Made by a program: the position numbers and the translations under genes. A stretch of 64,000 nt of DNA from Eledone cirrhosa (taxonomy: Eukaryota), in assembly GCA_964016885.1 (NCBI GenBank), contig CAXHJY010001606.1, positions 1-64,000 of the forward strand. Reading direction: 5' to 3'. Below, one piece after another: positions 36,690 through 49,235 of the stretch. A model generated the notes under the pieces. It worked only from the letters and a program-made list of their open reading frames with translations. It had not been told where the DNA came from and ran no database searches. The first letter of the stretch is position 1. Each line of letters begins with the position of its first letter.

Positions 36690-39600
36690 GTGCAGCCCGA
36701 TACCCGGGACGCAGAGAGGTAAGTGCCTTTTCTCTTCACCACCAACATGGCTATGCTAAGAGTAGGCTGTTTAAATGCGCGTGGCCTGGGCTCAACTTGG
36801 AAGCAAGCAATGCTTCTAAATGACCTCAGGTCACAACGTATAGATGTGATGGTTATTTGCGAGGCCCGGATCAGCAACGTGCGACAGCTGGCCCCCACCT
36901 TTGATGACTTTGAGATGCACGCATCTCTCTGTCAGCCTGGAGGTGGGGGTGGAGTTGTCGTTCTGCTGCAAAAACATCTGGGTCTCGCAACACAGATGGT
37001 ACATTTGGACCCGGAGGGTCGACTAGTGGTTCTGGACCTTGGCAGTGGTAAAGGCGGAGCGTTTAGGTTGGTAGCCGCCTACGGCCCTTTCGGGTCAATG
37101 CGGCCGGACTTCTTCCATCGTCTGGAGACTTTTCTAGGGACGTCCCGCTCCTTGCTATTAGTGGGGGACTGGAATGGTATCCTAGATGCACGCTGGGACT
37201 ACGTAGGGGCCTGCCCCGATAGAGAGGGGTGTAATAGCCTCAAAGGGTTAATCGGTCGATTTGACCTGGCCGATAGATATCGACTAGATTTTCCGACTGC
37301 GCCAACCTGGACTTGGGCAAATCGTAGCGGATCATCTAGGTCGTACCTAGATAGGTTCTTAGTTAGAATTAAGGATAAGGACTTTTTAAGTTGTCCAAAA
37401 ATGCGCATTGTTGGCTATTCAGACCACAAATTAGTGACCTGCATGGTCAACCTTGACAGAACTCATAGACAGGGCCCCGGTTACTGGAAGCTCAACTTGT
37501 CCTTGCCGGCAAGTAGAGCCTACAGGAATCGGATTAGTACGTTAGTTAAGGAACGGTTGACTGGAGCGATCGTCAACAGCAGGTGGTGGGTATCTCTAAA
37601 GAGAGAGATTAGAGTAGTCTCGATAGAATTTAGTAAGGTTCTAGCTGCGGATAGGAATAGGAAGGAAAGGGAGCTAATAGATAGAGTAGAAGAGGCAATT
37701 AGAAGCGGCGACGTGGCCAGAGTGCTAGCGTCGAGAACGGCTTTGAGCCAGTTTTTCGACGCGAAGCACGAAGGCTGCGTTGTCCGAAGTAAAATACGTG
37801 CTCTAGGGAACGAGGGGACCAAAGCTGTTAGCTGGGCCCGCGTGACAGAGGCCAACAGTGGAACTAAATCCACCATCCGGTCTTTGCGAGACCTGGATGG
37901 ACGGGCGATTCTTGAGCCTAAGCAGATGTGTGAGGCCTTTCAAAGGCACTTTGCCCGACTGTTCGGGAGGGGCGGGGAGCCGGTTGGGAACGTGGACTTC
38001 GGTCCATACCTCGACGGCCTGCCGCGCCTCTCGGACAGGGAGGCGAAGTCCTGCGAGGAGCCGATTTCGGCCGCTGAGATAGAGGACGTGCTGAGCCAAT
38101 GCGGCAAACGCAAATCCCCGGGTCTCGATGGTCTTCCTTACGAATTATATCTAGCTATGCCGGACTTGTTCCCCGATCTCCTCGAGGCGGTCTACTGCAA
38201 CTGGCGACAGAACGGGAGAATTCCCTGTACTGTGACCAAGGGCGTAGTCACGCTAGTGAGGAAGGACGAGAACAAGGGGGACGAAATAAGTAACTTCAGG
38301 CCCATAACACTGCTAAATACAGAGTTACAGATTTTGGCCAAGGTGCTAGCAAAGAGGTTGGCGCTTGTCGTGGGCAACCTGGTGGGAGATGCGCAGACAT
38401 GCGCTATCCCGTCCAGGTCCATCCATGACAACCTCCACCTCATGCGATACATCATAGAGAGGGTTGGGAACGAACCCGGCTTTGGTGGGGCTCTGATCAA
38501 CTTGGATCAATCTAAGGCGTTCGATAGGGTCGACCATGGTTACCTGGATGCGGTGCTAGCGGCGGCAGGCTTCGGACCCGTTTTCAGGGGCTGGATCACT
38601 GCTATGCACAGCAGCCGCATCTGCTCTAGGGTCAAGGTGAACGGCTACCTCTCGGAGCCGTTCAAAATCGCGCGGTCCATCCGACAAGGGTGCCCTCTCT
38701 CCTCCCTTCTGTATGTATTGACTCTCGAGCCACTACTGCGGAAGTTGGAGTTGTTGCAGGGCATCCCTTTGGAACCGGGATTGCGGAAAGCGGTGTCGGC
38801 CTACGCCGATGACGTGACAGTAATGGTGTCGACGGCCTCCGAAATCGAGGCGGTCGGCACCTTACTGGAGGAGTACGAAAAGTTCACAGGGGCTAAGCTG
38901 AACCGGGACAAGTCGATCGGTTTGCAACTCGGCACGTGGAGGGGCAGACCGATGCCCTCCGATAGCGTCGTCGGACGCTGGACGGAGGGCCCGGTGAAGT
39001 TGCTCGGGGTCTGGTTCGGACCGGACCTCCAGGTGGAGAAAAACTGGGCGGAGGTTACGAACAGAGTGTTTGCACTGACCCAGAAGTGGGCCAGTTGCAA
39101 ACTATCCCTGAAAGGTCGGGCGGAGGTGGCGAACACCTACATAGCGTCCGTCATCTACTACCGCCTGACCGTAGTGCCCTGCCCAAGGGAAACCCTCACC
39201 AAGATGGAGCGCGCGCTCTTCCAATTCCTTTGGAAGAGGCGGGCTCCTATGGTGAGGAGATCCATCTGCTGTCAACACCCTTCGAAAGGAGGGCTGGGGA
39301 TGCCGTGGCTAATGATGCGTAAACACGCATTAAGGCTACGGCACCTCTACGTATTCCTCACCGGACAACCGGTGTGGGCCTCGTTTGTGAGACGAACCTT
39401 TCCCAGACTCGTCTCACTCACCGAGCTGCAATCCTGGGTCAAGCAAAGACCGAGAAAACTGGGCGCCTGGCACACTGAGTGTGCCCAGGCGCTCACCGCC
39501 CTCTGGCAGGCGGATCCGGTTATCAGTGGAGACTCCACCGCAACATTCTATAGAGGGCTGGTACGCAGCAGGTGCGACGACGCCCTCGGAGAAGCCCTAG

Positions 39601-40448
39601 ACATGGAGGAGGACGAACTGGCCAGCCTTTTCGGTAGGACATTCAGCCCGGGACCTATGGACAACTTCCAGAAGTCCCTGGCCTGGCAGTGCTACCGAGG
39701 GGCTTTACCCGTTCGAGAAAGGCTCTACAGACACGGGCGCCCGGGTAGGGACCCCGCCAAAAAGATCTGTCCCAGATGCGTGTGCGACGAGGAAACCGTT
39801 GCACACGCATTAGTACACTGCTCGGGCGTAGCCGATCTGTGGGGCTATGTCGAACAACTGCTGTCAAGGGTGGGACCGATCCGGTTGACCACCGAGTCTA
39901 TTGTAATGATCAAGCCGCCTCCCCCCTTCAAAGATGAAGCAGAGGCGGTGTTTCTGTGCGTAATAGCCATGGCGAAAGAGGTTGTATGGTGGACGCGTCT
40001 GAAAGGACTGAGGTCGGGCACCTTTCTCTCTGGCCAACAACTGGTCCGTTTCTTCCGATATCATTTCGGAAGAAGGATCAGGATGGAGAGAGAGGTGCTG
40101 CACCCCAGCCGTTTCTATGAAAGATGGGTGAAAGTGGCGAGAATGGCCCGTGTGAATGGGCCTTCACTCTACATCAGACTATAGGTGAGGAAGATGAAAG
40201 ACCAAGGGAGCACCCCTTCTCTGTGCTCCTGAGGAGAAGGGTTGCACACTTTTTTCGGGGGTGTGTGCGACCCCCCAAGGCGCCTCCTCTCTATTGAGGA
40301 TTTTGTTAAAAATTTTATTTTTTGTTATATCTTATTTTATTTTTATATTTTGTTATTGCCTCCTCCTTATTGAGGACGCCTTTTTGTGTAAACTCCCCCC
40401 TTTGTACTTGTCCCACTTTTGATGCCCTAGTGGCAAATAAAAGAAATA
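36690..40448 (+). mobile_element. Tx1/L1-clade LINE lacking ORF1, with intact ORF2 and 21-bp TSD
   Basis: TSD TATCTATCTATCTATATATAT at 36669-36689 and 40449-40469. The 3' UTR has AATAAA at ~40436. Confidence 0.92.
36747..40184 (+). CDS. Tx1/L1-clade ORF2: APE endonuclease - reverse transcriptase - zf-RVT (CCHC)
   Basis: First ATG at 36747 (ACCAACATGG). APE motifs CLNARGL, LVGDWN, SYLDRF, SDH. RT motifs KSPGLDG, LDQSKAFDRV, QGCPLS, AYADD. C-terminal CPRC...HALVHC. No internal stop codons. Confidence 0.93.
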   Translation: MAMLRVGCLNARGLGSTWKQAMLLNDLRSQRIDVMVICEARISNVRQLAPTFDDFEMHASLCQPGGGGGVVVLLQKHLGLATQMVHLDPEGRLVVLDLGSGKGGAFRLVAAYGPFGSMRPDFFHRLETFLGTSRSLLLVGDWNGILDARWDYVGACPDREGCNSLKGLIGRFDLADRYRLDFPTAPTWTWANRSGSSRSYLDRFLVRIKDKDFLSCPKMRIVGYSDHKLVTCMVNLDRTHRQGPGYWKLNLSLPASRAYRNRISTLVKERLTGAIVNSRWWVSLKREIRVVSIEFSKVLAADRNRKERELIDRVEEAIRSGDVARVLASRTALSQFFDAKHEGCVVRSKIRALGNEGTKAVSWARVTEANSGTKSTIRSLRDLDGRAILEPKQMCEAFQRHFARLFGRGGEPVGNVDFGPYLDGLPRLSDREAKSCEEPISAAEIEDVLSQCGKRKSPGLDGLPYELYLAMPDLFPDLLEAVYCNWRQNGRIPCTVTKGVVTLVRKDENKGDEISNFRPITLLNTELQILAKVLAKRLALVVGNLVGDAQTCAIPSRSIHDNLHLMRYIIERVGNEPGFGGALINLDQSKAFDRVDHGYLDAVLAAAGFGPVFRGWITAMHSSRICSRVKVNGYLSEPFKIARSIRQGCPLSSLLYVLTLEPLLRKLELLQGIPLEPGLRKAVSAYADDVTVMVSTASEIEAVGTLLEEYEKFTGAKLNRDKSIGLQLGTWRGRPMPSDSVVGRWTEGPVKLLGVWFGPDLQVEKNWAEVTNRVFALTQKWASCKLSLKGRAEVANTYIASVIYYRLTVVPCPRETLTKMERALFQFLWKRRAPMVRRSICCQHPSKGGLGMPWLMMRKHALRLRHLYVFLTGQPVWASFVRRTFPRLVSLTELQSWVKQRPRKLGAWHTECAQALTALWQADPVISGDSTATFYRGLVRSRCDDALGEALDMEEDELASLFGRTFSPGPMDNFQKSLAWQCYRGALPVRERLYRHGRPGRDPAKKICPRCVCDEETVAHALVHCSGVADLWGYVEQLLSRVGPIRLTTESIVMIKPPPPFKDEAEAVFLCVIAMAKEVVWWTRLKGLRSGTFLSGQQLVRFFRYHFGRRIRMEREVLHPSRFYERWVKVARMARVNGPSLYIRL

Positions 40449-42119
40449 TATCTATCTATCTATATATATATATAATATAGAAATGGCTTCTACAGGACTA
40501 GAACTGTTTCATTCAAAGGAAATACATACATATATTCCCTAGATATGTATACCCTCCTTCGTATAATCCTCAAACAGTATAAGTATGACAAAGCTGGCTC
40601 CTTGGATTATTGGAACAGTAATATATATATAATCCTAACATATTCACACCCCAATATGACCTTAACTAACAAAAGCCCTTAGCAGCATGACACCAAACAT
40701 CAGTTTCCATCTTGTATTACTTTTCCCCAAATGGACCAGATGATTTAGACGTGTTTTCATCTTCAAACTGCTGGTAGTTCTGGAGTTAGGGCAAACCATT
40801 AATAAATATATTATATTGACGTCACAACAATCATTATTAACCATTTTGATACCAAGCTGCTTGAAACCATTGGTTTTACTATACAAAACTTTATTGAAAC
40901 TAAGCTTAATCATCTTACAGAACTGTCAGTCTAGCAATTTCATTCTGCTAGTTAACATGGAATTGTTTTCCTAGCTAGCAAGCTATGGACCTGATAACCT
41001 ACCCTGATTAATACATGTTCCTGTTACCAGCATGCATTCCTTCAGGATGGTGTCTACCAACTCAATTTCTGATTTTTAATTATGGTAGTGATTCCTAATG
41101 ATAATGATGAGTTCCAGCAGGGCTAGAATCCTTTATTTTCTATTCTATTAGGAAAATCGATTATATTGTCTGCAGTAGGTGCCTTGTCTCTTTTTTGTTT
41201 ATCAACCTTGGAAGAATGAAAGATAAAATCAAGCTTTGCAGGATTTGAACTCAGAATGTAAATGACCATTAACTGCTGTTTGACATGCTAATGGTTTTTG
41301 TTTTGTTTTCAATATAAATTAAAATATTAATTAAGTTCTTTGATCGTTATTGATTATGATATAATTGGTGAAAATAAACCATTTAATGAACTGAAACAAA
41401 AATTTACAGGTAGTCTGTTGAGAATGTTGGTAAAAACAAATGAAAACAAATAGATACAATGAAAAATACTTTGGTGAATTGTATTTGTTTCAAACCATAA
41501 CAAATTAACTGAACACCTGTTCAGGCATTCTTTCGTGAATTGTCTATATCATTGAACTTACTATAGCAATAGAGTTATAACTCTGAGAGGATTCACAGCT
41601 GGTTAAGACAACAGTGTTGAGCCATAAGCTGAAAAAGTTAATAGTTCATAAATCGTCACTGATGCTTTGCTGCACACAATGCACTGTTCAGTGAGCTGTG
41701 AATAAGCACTATGTATAAATTGCAACTTAGAATTGTGGCAAACAGACACTCTGTATAATTGATAAATTGATAAGTGTATTGTGTGCCAGAATTATTGGGT
41801 TCAAATTCTGTTTGTGTGTGTGTATATGTATGTGTGTGTGTAAATGCAACTTATAAATCTTTTTATGTGGCTAGACTGCAACAGAAGTGCTTTCACTGCT
41901 GTTCTGTTTTAACTAGAAAGTTGACTTTATAATGAAATAAAATGAAATGTTTTTGTGAGTGACCAAGAACTAAAGTCTAATAAGTTTTATCCCTTCTCGA
42001 CAAGGGTCATGGTCTAGTCTCTCTTGAAGCTTACTTGCACACACACACACACACACACACATCATTATACGGTTTGTTTCCCGTGTTAGCAAAGGGTGGA
42101 TTATATATATGTATATATG

Positions 42120-42154
<35 letters not shown>

Positions 42155-42174
42155 ATATATATAGATATAGATAG

Positions 42175-42412
42175 GTAAATATACACGGGTGTGTATGATT
42201 GTGTATAGAAGATTATATTAATAAGAGGAATTCCAACTTTGTCTGATTTACTCGTTTTATTTACAATCCTTTAAAATTTATATAATGGTATTATAATGAA
42301 ATAGTATGATAGAATATTAAATTCTAAGTGTTAATTGAACAAGTACTTTCATGCTTTCGCAATCTTCAGGTTCATGATATGTGGTGACAGTCGAGTTTGC
42401 AATTTTCAACTG
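42175..42412 (-). mobile_element. Family D HHR-bearing short element in (TA)n
   Basis: Homologous to 63143-63300, contains the HHR at 42336-42374 and has (TA)n on both sides. Confidence 0.7.
42336..42374 (-). ncRNA. Minimal hammerhead ribozyme motif (39 nt)
   Basis: Minus strand: TGAAC-CTGAAGA-T-TGC-GAAA-GCA-T-GAAA-GTACTT-GTTCA. It has a 5-bp stem I, a GNRA-capped stem II and the palindrome AGTACT as stem III. Confidence 0.75.
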
Positions 42413-42446
42413 TATATATATATATATATGTATATATGTATATATG

Positions 42447-42495
<49 letters not shown>

Positions 42496-42512
42496 GTATA
42501 TATGTATATATG

Positions 42513-42561
<49 letters not shown>

Positions 42562-42573
42562 ATATGTATATAT

Positions 42574-42607
<34 letters not shown>

Positions 42608-42764
42608 ATGTGTATATATATATATGTGTATATATATATATATATGTGTATATATATATATATATATATGTGTATATATATATATATGTGTATATATATA
42701 TATGTGTATATGTATATATATATATGTGTATATGTATATATATATATATATGTGTATATATATA

Positions 42765-42797
<33 letters not shown>

Positions 42798-43138
42798 GTG
42801 TATATATAAATATATGTGTATATGTATATATATATATATATATATATGTGTATATATATATATATATGTGTATATATATATATATGTGTATATGTATATG
42901 TATATATATATGTGTATATATATATGTGTATATATATATATGTATATATATATGTGTATATATATATGTGTATATATATATGTATATATATATATGTATA
43001 TATATATATATGTATATATATATATGTATATATATATATCGTATATATGTATATATATATATATATCGTATATATGTATATATATATATATATCGTATAT
43101 ATGTATATATATATATTTTATATATATATGTATATATA
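42413..43138. repeat. (TA)n/(TG) compound microsatellite
   Basis: About 720 bp of interrupted TA repeat, the source of many spurious Y/I-rich ORFs. Confidence 0.95.
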
Positions 43139-43257
43139 AGATAGACGTTAAACGATGATGATGATATATATATGTAAAAGGTAAACAGAAATAACACAAT
43201 TGATACAGTATAGGGAAGGAATATATTAGGTTAACGTTTGAAATAGCAGGAAGAGGG

Positions 43258-43293
43258 TCTTAACGTTTCGGGCACTACTCCTTCATCAGAAAA
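43258..43293 (-). ncRNA. Minimal hammerhead ribozyme motif (Penelope pLTR-type)
   Basis: Minus strand: CTGATGA-AGGAGTAGTGCCC-GAAACGTTA-AGA, with the palindrome AACGTT. Stems I and II are degenerate. Confidence 0.55.
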
Positions 43294-43405
43294 AAGAATG
43301 TGAAATAAGATAGATTGAAGGCAAGGGCAGGGTGGAATTTGTAAAAATATCTTTATATGGTGGAGAGGTTGGAGGAAGGGTTTGAGAGTGGAATGGAGCT
43401 GTATG

Positions 43406-43577
43406 CAGGTAAAATTCCGTTATAACGAATACCATTATAACAAATTTATCAGTATAACAAAAGTTTTTCCAATCACTGGCTACACACTCGATGTGTTAGG
43501 TCGATCTCGTTATAATGAATTTTTGTTACAATTTTTTTTTTATACCCCATGAATTTCATTGTAACGGAATTTCACAG
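43406..43577. mobile_element. pogo/Tigger-like MITE
   Basis: TIRs CAGGTAAAATTCCGTTATAACGAA / TTCATTGTAACGGAATTTCACAG followed by TA, with internal GTTATAA repeats. Confidence 0.6.
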
Positions 43578-44703
43578 TATATATATATATTTTACTTTCC
43601 TTCTTTATTTTATTCTTGCTTTTATCTACAAACCCTAAAATTAAACTTGATGGAACTCCACTTACACACACACACATACAAGATAAAGGAATACTTTTTA
43701 TCCACTCGTAGCTATTTTTAGCCATTTTTGCAAACCCTGAAAATATCTTGAACTTTTAACGCAATAAAACCCCATGTTAATCAGTGATGATGATTATATA
43801 TATATATATATATATATTATCGAGAGAGAGAAAGAATCATCATATCCACATTTCCATTCTAGCATGGGTTATACAAGTTGTCCCGTTGTGAGATGAGCCA
43901 TGTCAGATGACAACATCATGCTCATACAGTTTTGTTTTATTTGTCATCCTTTGCCTTTTTTATATTTCTACCACATTGCACCAGTTTTTTAAAACTTATA
44001 TTAAATTACTGTATTTTATCAGAAATATTGTAAATTCATTGAATTTCTTGTATCAGTGTAATCCTGTATTTTGTGTCATTGCTCCAATATTTTGAAGCTT
44101 CCTTCTTTTTTTTATTCTTCTATATTGTTCTTGCTATTTGTTTTTGTAAAAGTGGGATTAAGCATTAAATAAAATAAGCAAATGCTGAGGGCTTTGAAGG
44201 AAAAGGGGCACTATTTTATTGAAATTAAATGTATCTGTGATTAAAAGAAACACTTTTTTTCAAACACAAAAGGGCTTAATCCAACTCTGGTTATTGATAT
44301 TAATCTGTTAATGTCTTTATGGTTTTTGTTGATCTCACCCTTTTAATCAATTCTTTTGGATTTCACCTTTACAACGTTTGATTCTTGTAACCAATAAAAG
44401 AAATTATTATTTAACTGCAGTCTTGTGGATAACTTATACATTAAAATGTATTTAATACTGGTATGTGTTCATAACACTATCATCTTCCGGTGGCTTAAAA
44501 GAAAAGAGAAATGTTATATACATAATGATAATAATAACAAAGGTAGTATGTACACCATATCCCTGTATGTCATACGAGGTGACTAAGATATGACAGGAAG
44601 GACATCCAGACATAAAACTCTCTCAAGAAATCCAATCTAATTAGTCAGATTGGAAAACCAGACATAAGAGCAATAAGGATGTTGATACATAATACTATAA
44701 TAT

Positions 44704-45042
44704 ATCATCATCATCATCATTTTACGTCCACTTTTCCCTGCTTGCAAGGGTGGGACGGAAACTGATGCTGGCTTGATTTCTACAGCTGGATGCCTTTCCT
44801 AACACCAACCTCATTTACAGTGAGTGCTGGGTGCTTTTTTGCCGTGGCACCTCCACGACCACTTTGCAGTGGAATGATAGGAACCCATGTCCCTATCATC
44901 TCATTTCTACAGCTGAGTAAACTGAAGCAATGTGAAATAAAGTGTCTTGCTCAAGGAAACAACACATCACCCGGTCTGAGAATTGAACTCACAACCTTTC
45001 GATTGCAAGGCCAATGCTCTAACCACTAAGCCATGTGCCTCC
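44704..45042 (-). mobile_element. Composite SINE (family S2): tRNA head + CORE + RTE 3' tail
   Basis: Minus strand: TGGCTTAGTGGTTAGAGC...GAGTTCAATTC, then TCCTTGAGCAAGACACTT, then sequence shared with the RTE subfamily 2 3' UTR and a (GAT)n tail. Confidence 0.82.
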
Positions 45043-45107
<65 letters not shown>

Positions 45108-46129
45108 TGTGTGTGTATATGTCATCATCATCGTTTAACGTCCATCTTCCACGCTTGCATGGGTTTGGATGGGAGTTTTCCCACTTGAGGCAAGATTGGT
45201 TGTCCTGCTCGCATAGGACTGGCGGGTTTTCTACGGCTGGATGCCCTTCCTAACACCAACCACGTTTACAGTGTGGACTGGGAGGTTTTTACCATGTTAC
45301 CTACACGGCCACATTACAGTGTGGACTGTGTGTTTTTTTGTCATGACACCTACACGACCTCATTTGTTTCGGACTGAATGTTGTGGTACCAACATAACTT
45401 CACATTGAAGGGGGTGGTGTGGATGAGGTGGGGGTAGTGGGACAGGGGTGTATTTTTGTTAGAGGTGCCTACTGACTGTGTGTGTATATATGTGTGTGTA
45501 TGTGTATATATATATGTATATATATGTGTGTGTGTGTGTATTATATATATAGAGAGAGAGGGGGGACCTGCAGCTGAACTTTTGCTGTTTCGACAGCTAA
45601 TTCCCGGCTAATATAGTTACATCCCAAGTTTCGAGTACTCTGATTAATAAAATGGTCTTATTAGTTTAAAACTGGTAAAATCCTGATCTTTCTATGATTT
45701 TGTTTATTCAGTTTCTTACAGCATAGTTATGATGTTTCAGCAAAGTGAACTGGTTGTTTGCTGAGGTTCTTCAGATTACTGAATAAATAGAATTATGTAT
45801 ACTCTATTATCAATATTGAGTTCTGCCTTACTTGTGCACTACTGAGGACGGTATATATATATATATAATGAAGGAAGTGTGGTAAGGAACCAGATGGACC
45901 ATAACACACCAGAGTACTCAATATTTAGGGTAGTAGAGTGGGTAATAGGAAAATGTTTAACCCCGGGGTTAAGCATTTTCCTATATATATATATATATAT
46001 AGTGTGTGTGTGTGTGTACATATATATATATGTATGTATATATATATATATTATTATATAACATTCAAATTAAAGGGTGTCATGAATGATACAAAATCAA
46101 ACATATGATATATGTGTATATATATATAT

Positions 46130-46183
<54 letters not shown>

Positions 46184-46284
46184 ATATATATATATGTATA
46201 TATATAATGTATATATATATATGTATATATAGTGTGTGTGTACATATGTATATATATATATATGTATATATAGTGTGTGTGTAC

Positions 46285-46324
<40 letters not shown>

Positions 46325-48092
46325 TGTGTGTGTGTGTATATATGTATGTATGTATGTATATATATATATATAAAGTGTGTATATATATATATTGTGTATG
46401 TAGTGTTGTTCCTTATTCATAGAAGTATTACTGATAACATACATACAAAGTAGTTTTGTTTTTTCAATTTTTTTAATGAAATGGCCATTATAATATGTAT
46501 AGTTGACTTCAGTTGTCAATTATGATATTGCTTGAACGAACAATGTTTTTAGAATATTAAAATAATTTTGATGTAGACTGCACAACTTTTTTGACAATAT
46601 TGATATAGCTGCTTAAGATTCCATTACTTAACACATCAGGGTGACTGGCTTGTCTGTCTCTGTAAGAGGAAGTTATACCAATTGATTCTTAACTTATAAG
46701 ATTCTCAACTTATATTAGACATTGCAAGACAGAGCAAAATGATTGGTCCTCTCCACATTCATCTTGAAGTTACAAAAATGTTTTATGAAAGTCACCCTAT
46801 GGTACTATCTTTTCAGAGTTGCTTAAAAGCACCATTCATTTTCTGTCTAGGTCAGGGTATCTTGAGTGATATGTCAATTCATCATCCCCTACCCTATATG
46901 AATACCGAATCACAAATTAACCTTCTACATCATTACAGCTATTCACATTCTATATTCCATTCACTATAAAATTTTCAGTCTTCATTCTTTGACATTTTAT
47001 ATTCTTCTCATTCTTTTGTAAGTAAATCAAGTCTTGAGCTGTCTCTATAAGAATATTATGGCAATCATAATATTGACAACTACCAACACAACAGTTATGA
47101 TGATGGTGATGGTAGGACAAAGGGAACAACAATAACTACTACAGTGACACACAGCTTCTAATATCGTTTTTTCACATAATCATCAGACTAACTGCCATTT
47201 TCATGAATACCTGAGTCTAAGATACACATAAAATTGGTTAAACCAATATTACTATTATTTCATTATGACTGCAGTTTCAACTGCTAGTTATCATTGTTGT
47301 TGTTGCTGCTGTTCTAGTAGTTGTTGCAGTGTTTTGCTGCTGTTGGTGTTGTTAGAGACTCCGAAAGAAATAGGCGATCAATAATTCATTTATTTGGTCA
47401 AAGATTTCAACAGCAACAAAATAAATAAATAAAAATGTTAATATATTGTGCGAAAATTTTTAATATCACAAATGTGATAGGGATTTAATAACAAGACAAG
47501 GAAGGATATCAGCAAACTTCTTTTGAAGTAAAGTTTTAAGCTAATTTGATTAGCAAAAAACCATTCACTGGCACAATTTTGGTGGAATTGAATACGACGA
47601 TGGTGGGGGGTAAGGTTGGACGGAAGGAAGGAGTGTCAATGAAAACAAACAAAAATAAAAAATTACGTCATTAAATGATAACAATAATTATAATTTGAAT
47701 GACCACAAAGAGAGAAAGAGTCCACTTTGTTTTTGTTCTTTTTGAAATTTTAACTTTTTATTTTGGTTTCTACTCTGTGTGTGCAATCGTGTGTGTGTGA
47801 GTGTTTGTTTTTTGTTCTGTTTTGTTTTTTCTAATTTTTAACCTTATAATTACAATTTTGACATCAGTGTTTAGAAAGTGAAATTAAAAATGAATGGAAT
47901 TAAAAGGATAAAAAGGAAAGATGAGGAAGTCATAAAAATTTAAAATATGACTTGAAGATTTTATTGAAAAATAAATGCATGCTCCACAGGTTCTTTTACA
48001 TCTAACTCTTCACAAATGTGCTGTAAATCTGCAGTGTCTGGAGTTATTTTTTTAATAATGGAATACATGTTACATACAGTTATTTTAAACTA

Positions 48093-48211
<119 letters not shown>

Positions 48212-49235
48212 GTTTGTGTGTATGTGTAAGTATCTATGTGTATGTATATGTACCTATATTTAAAAATATATATGTGTATCTATATGTATGTGTGTGTGTG
48301 TATATATATATATATATACTACCATCATTATCTAACATTCCTTTTTCCTGCTAGCAAGGGTTGGCCGTGTCTTCAAACACCTAGTCATTACTCAAGCAAA
48401 GCACCTGACCTTTGAGATGGGCTAGGGAACCCATATCTATCTTGTTTACATGCATGTTCATGCCCTACTAAGTGCATGTTATGGCTCTGGCACTAGGGAG
48501 GTCATGAAATAAATATATACATATTTGTATATACACACACACACATATATATATATACACACACACATACACATATAAATGTAAATATATCCAGATTCAA
48601 CCAAAACCAACCACAAACTCAAGTAAACGAACTATATACCTACATTTGACTTCATTTTCCAGACTTTTAGCACTCAATGAAGAGTTAAGCCACACACATC
48701 CTTCTAAACTATGTCCCAACCCTCCTGGCAAACCAGTTAATGAACTGCACTAATTACTGGTATGGGGATGAGGGATGTTATTAGGCTGCAGCCATCGTAT
48801 TATGTAGTTTCCATATAACAATAATCGGCAGTGATGAGAACCCTATTATGCAATTGGCATGAAACTCATGTATAACCATTGCAACCATTAAGAACTACCA
48901 TTCATCCAAATTCCTTACAAACTTGACCTAATTAATATACATACACATCTACACTTATCCCACACTCAACTACCAAAAACCCTGCAAACACACAGCAATT
49001 TATTCCAAACCTCTACCCACTTAAATCAACAAACCGACAAACCTAAGGAATGAAGCAAAGCCATATTCCTAGTCAATAAATAGCTCAGTAAATATGACTA
49101 TGAACCAACATTGAATAATGCAAAACAACAGCAAGAACAGAAAGGAAAATTAATTATAATAGATAAAAGCAATAGATAAATGCGACAATAAACAGTAAAT
49201 CTTTACTTAACAAAGAACATTATTACACATGCAAC

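Noticed and set aside
42335-43199. Long Y/I/M/C-rich ORFs (also at 1840-2466, 3936-4984, 17924-18238, 46054-46519 and elsewhere)
   Set aside because: They are translations of (TA)n/(TG)n microsatellites that lack stop codons by composition.
44950-45042. tRNA gene calls for SINE heads
   Set aside because: The A/B boxes run directly into SINE bodies and no complete cloverleaf is evident.
45560-45790. Degenerate HHR-like strings (also ~9390-9430 and ~48830-48890)
   Set aside because: Core nucleotides or stems are too damaged to distinguish from chance by eye.
46740-46930. Possible very old LINE remnant (also ~12420-12760 and ~27900-28150)
   Set aside because: Similarity is too weak to support without a profile search.
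47290-47355. Minus-strand CAA/CAG-rich poly-Q-like stretch (also 430-500) as a host exon
   Set aside because: Stop codons lie nearby and there is no supported splice structure; this is low-complexity sequence only.
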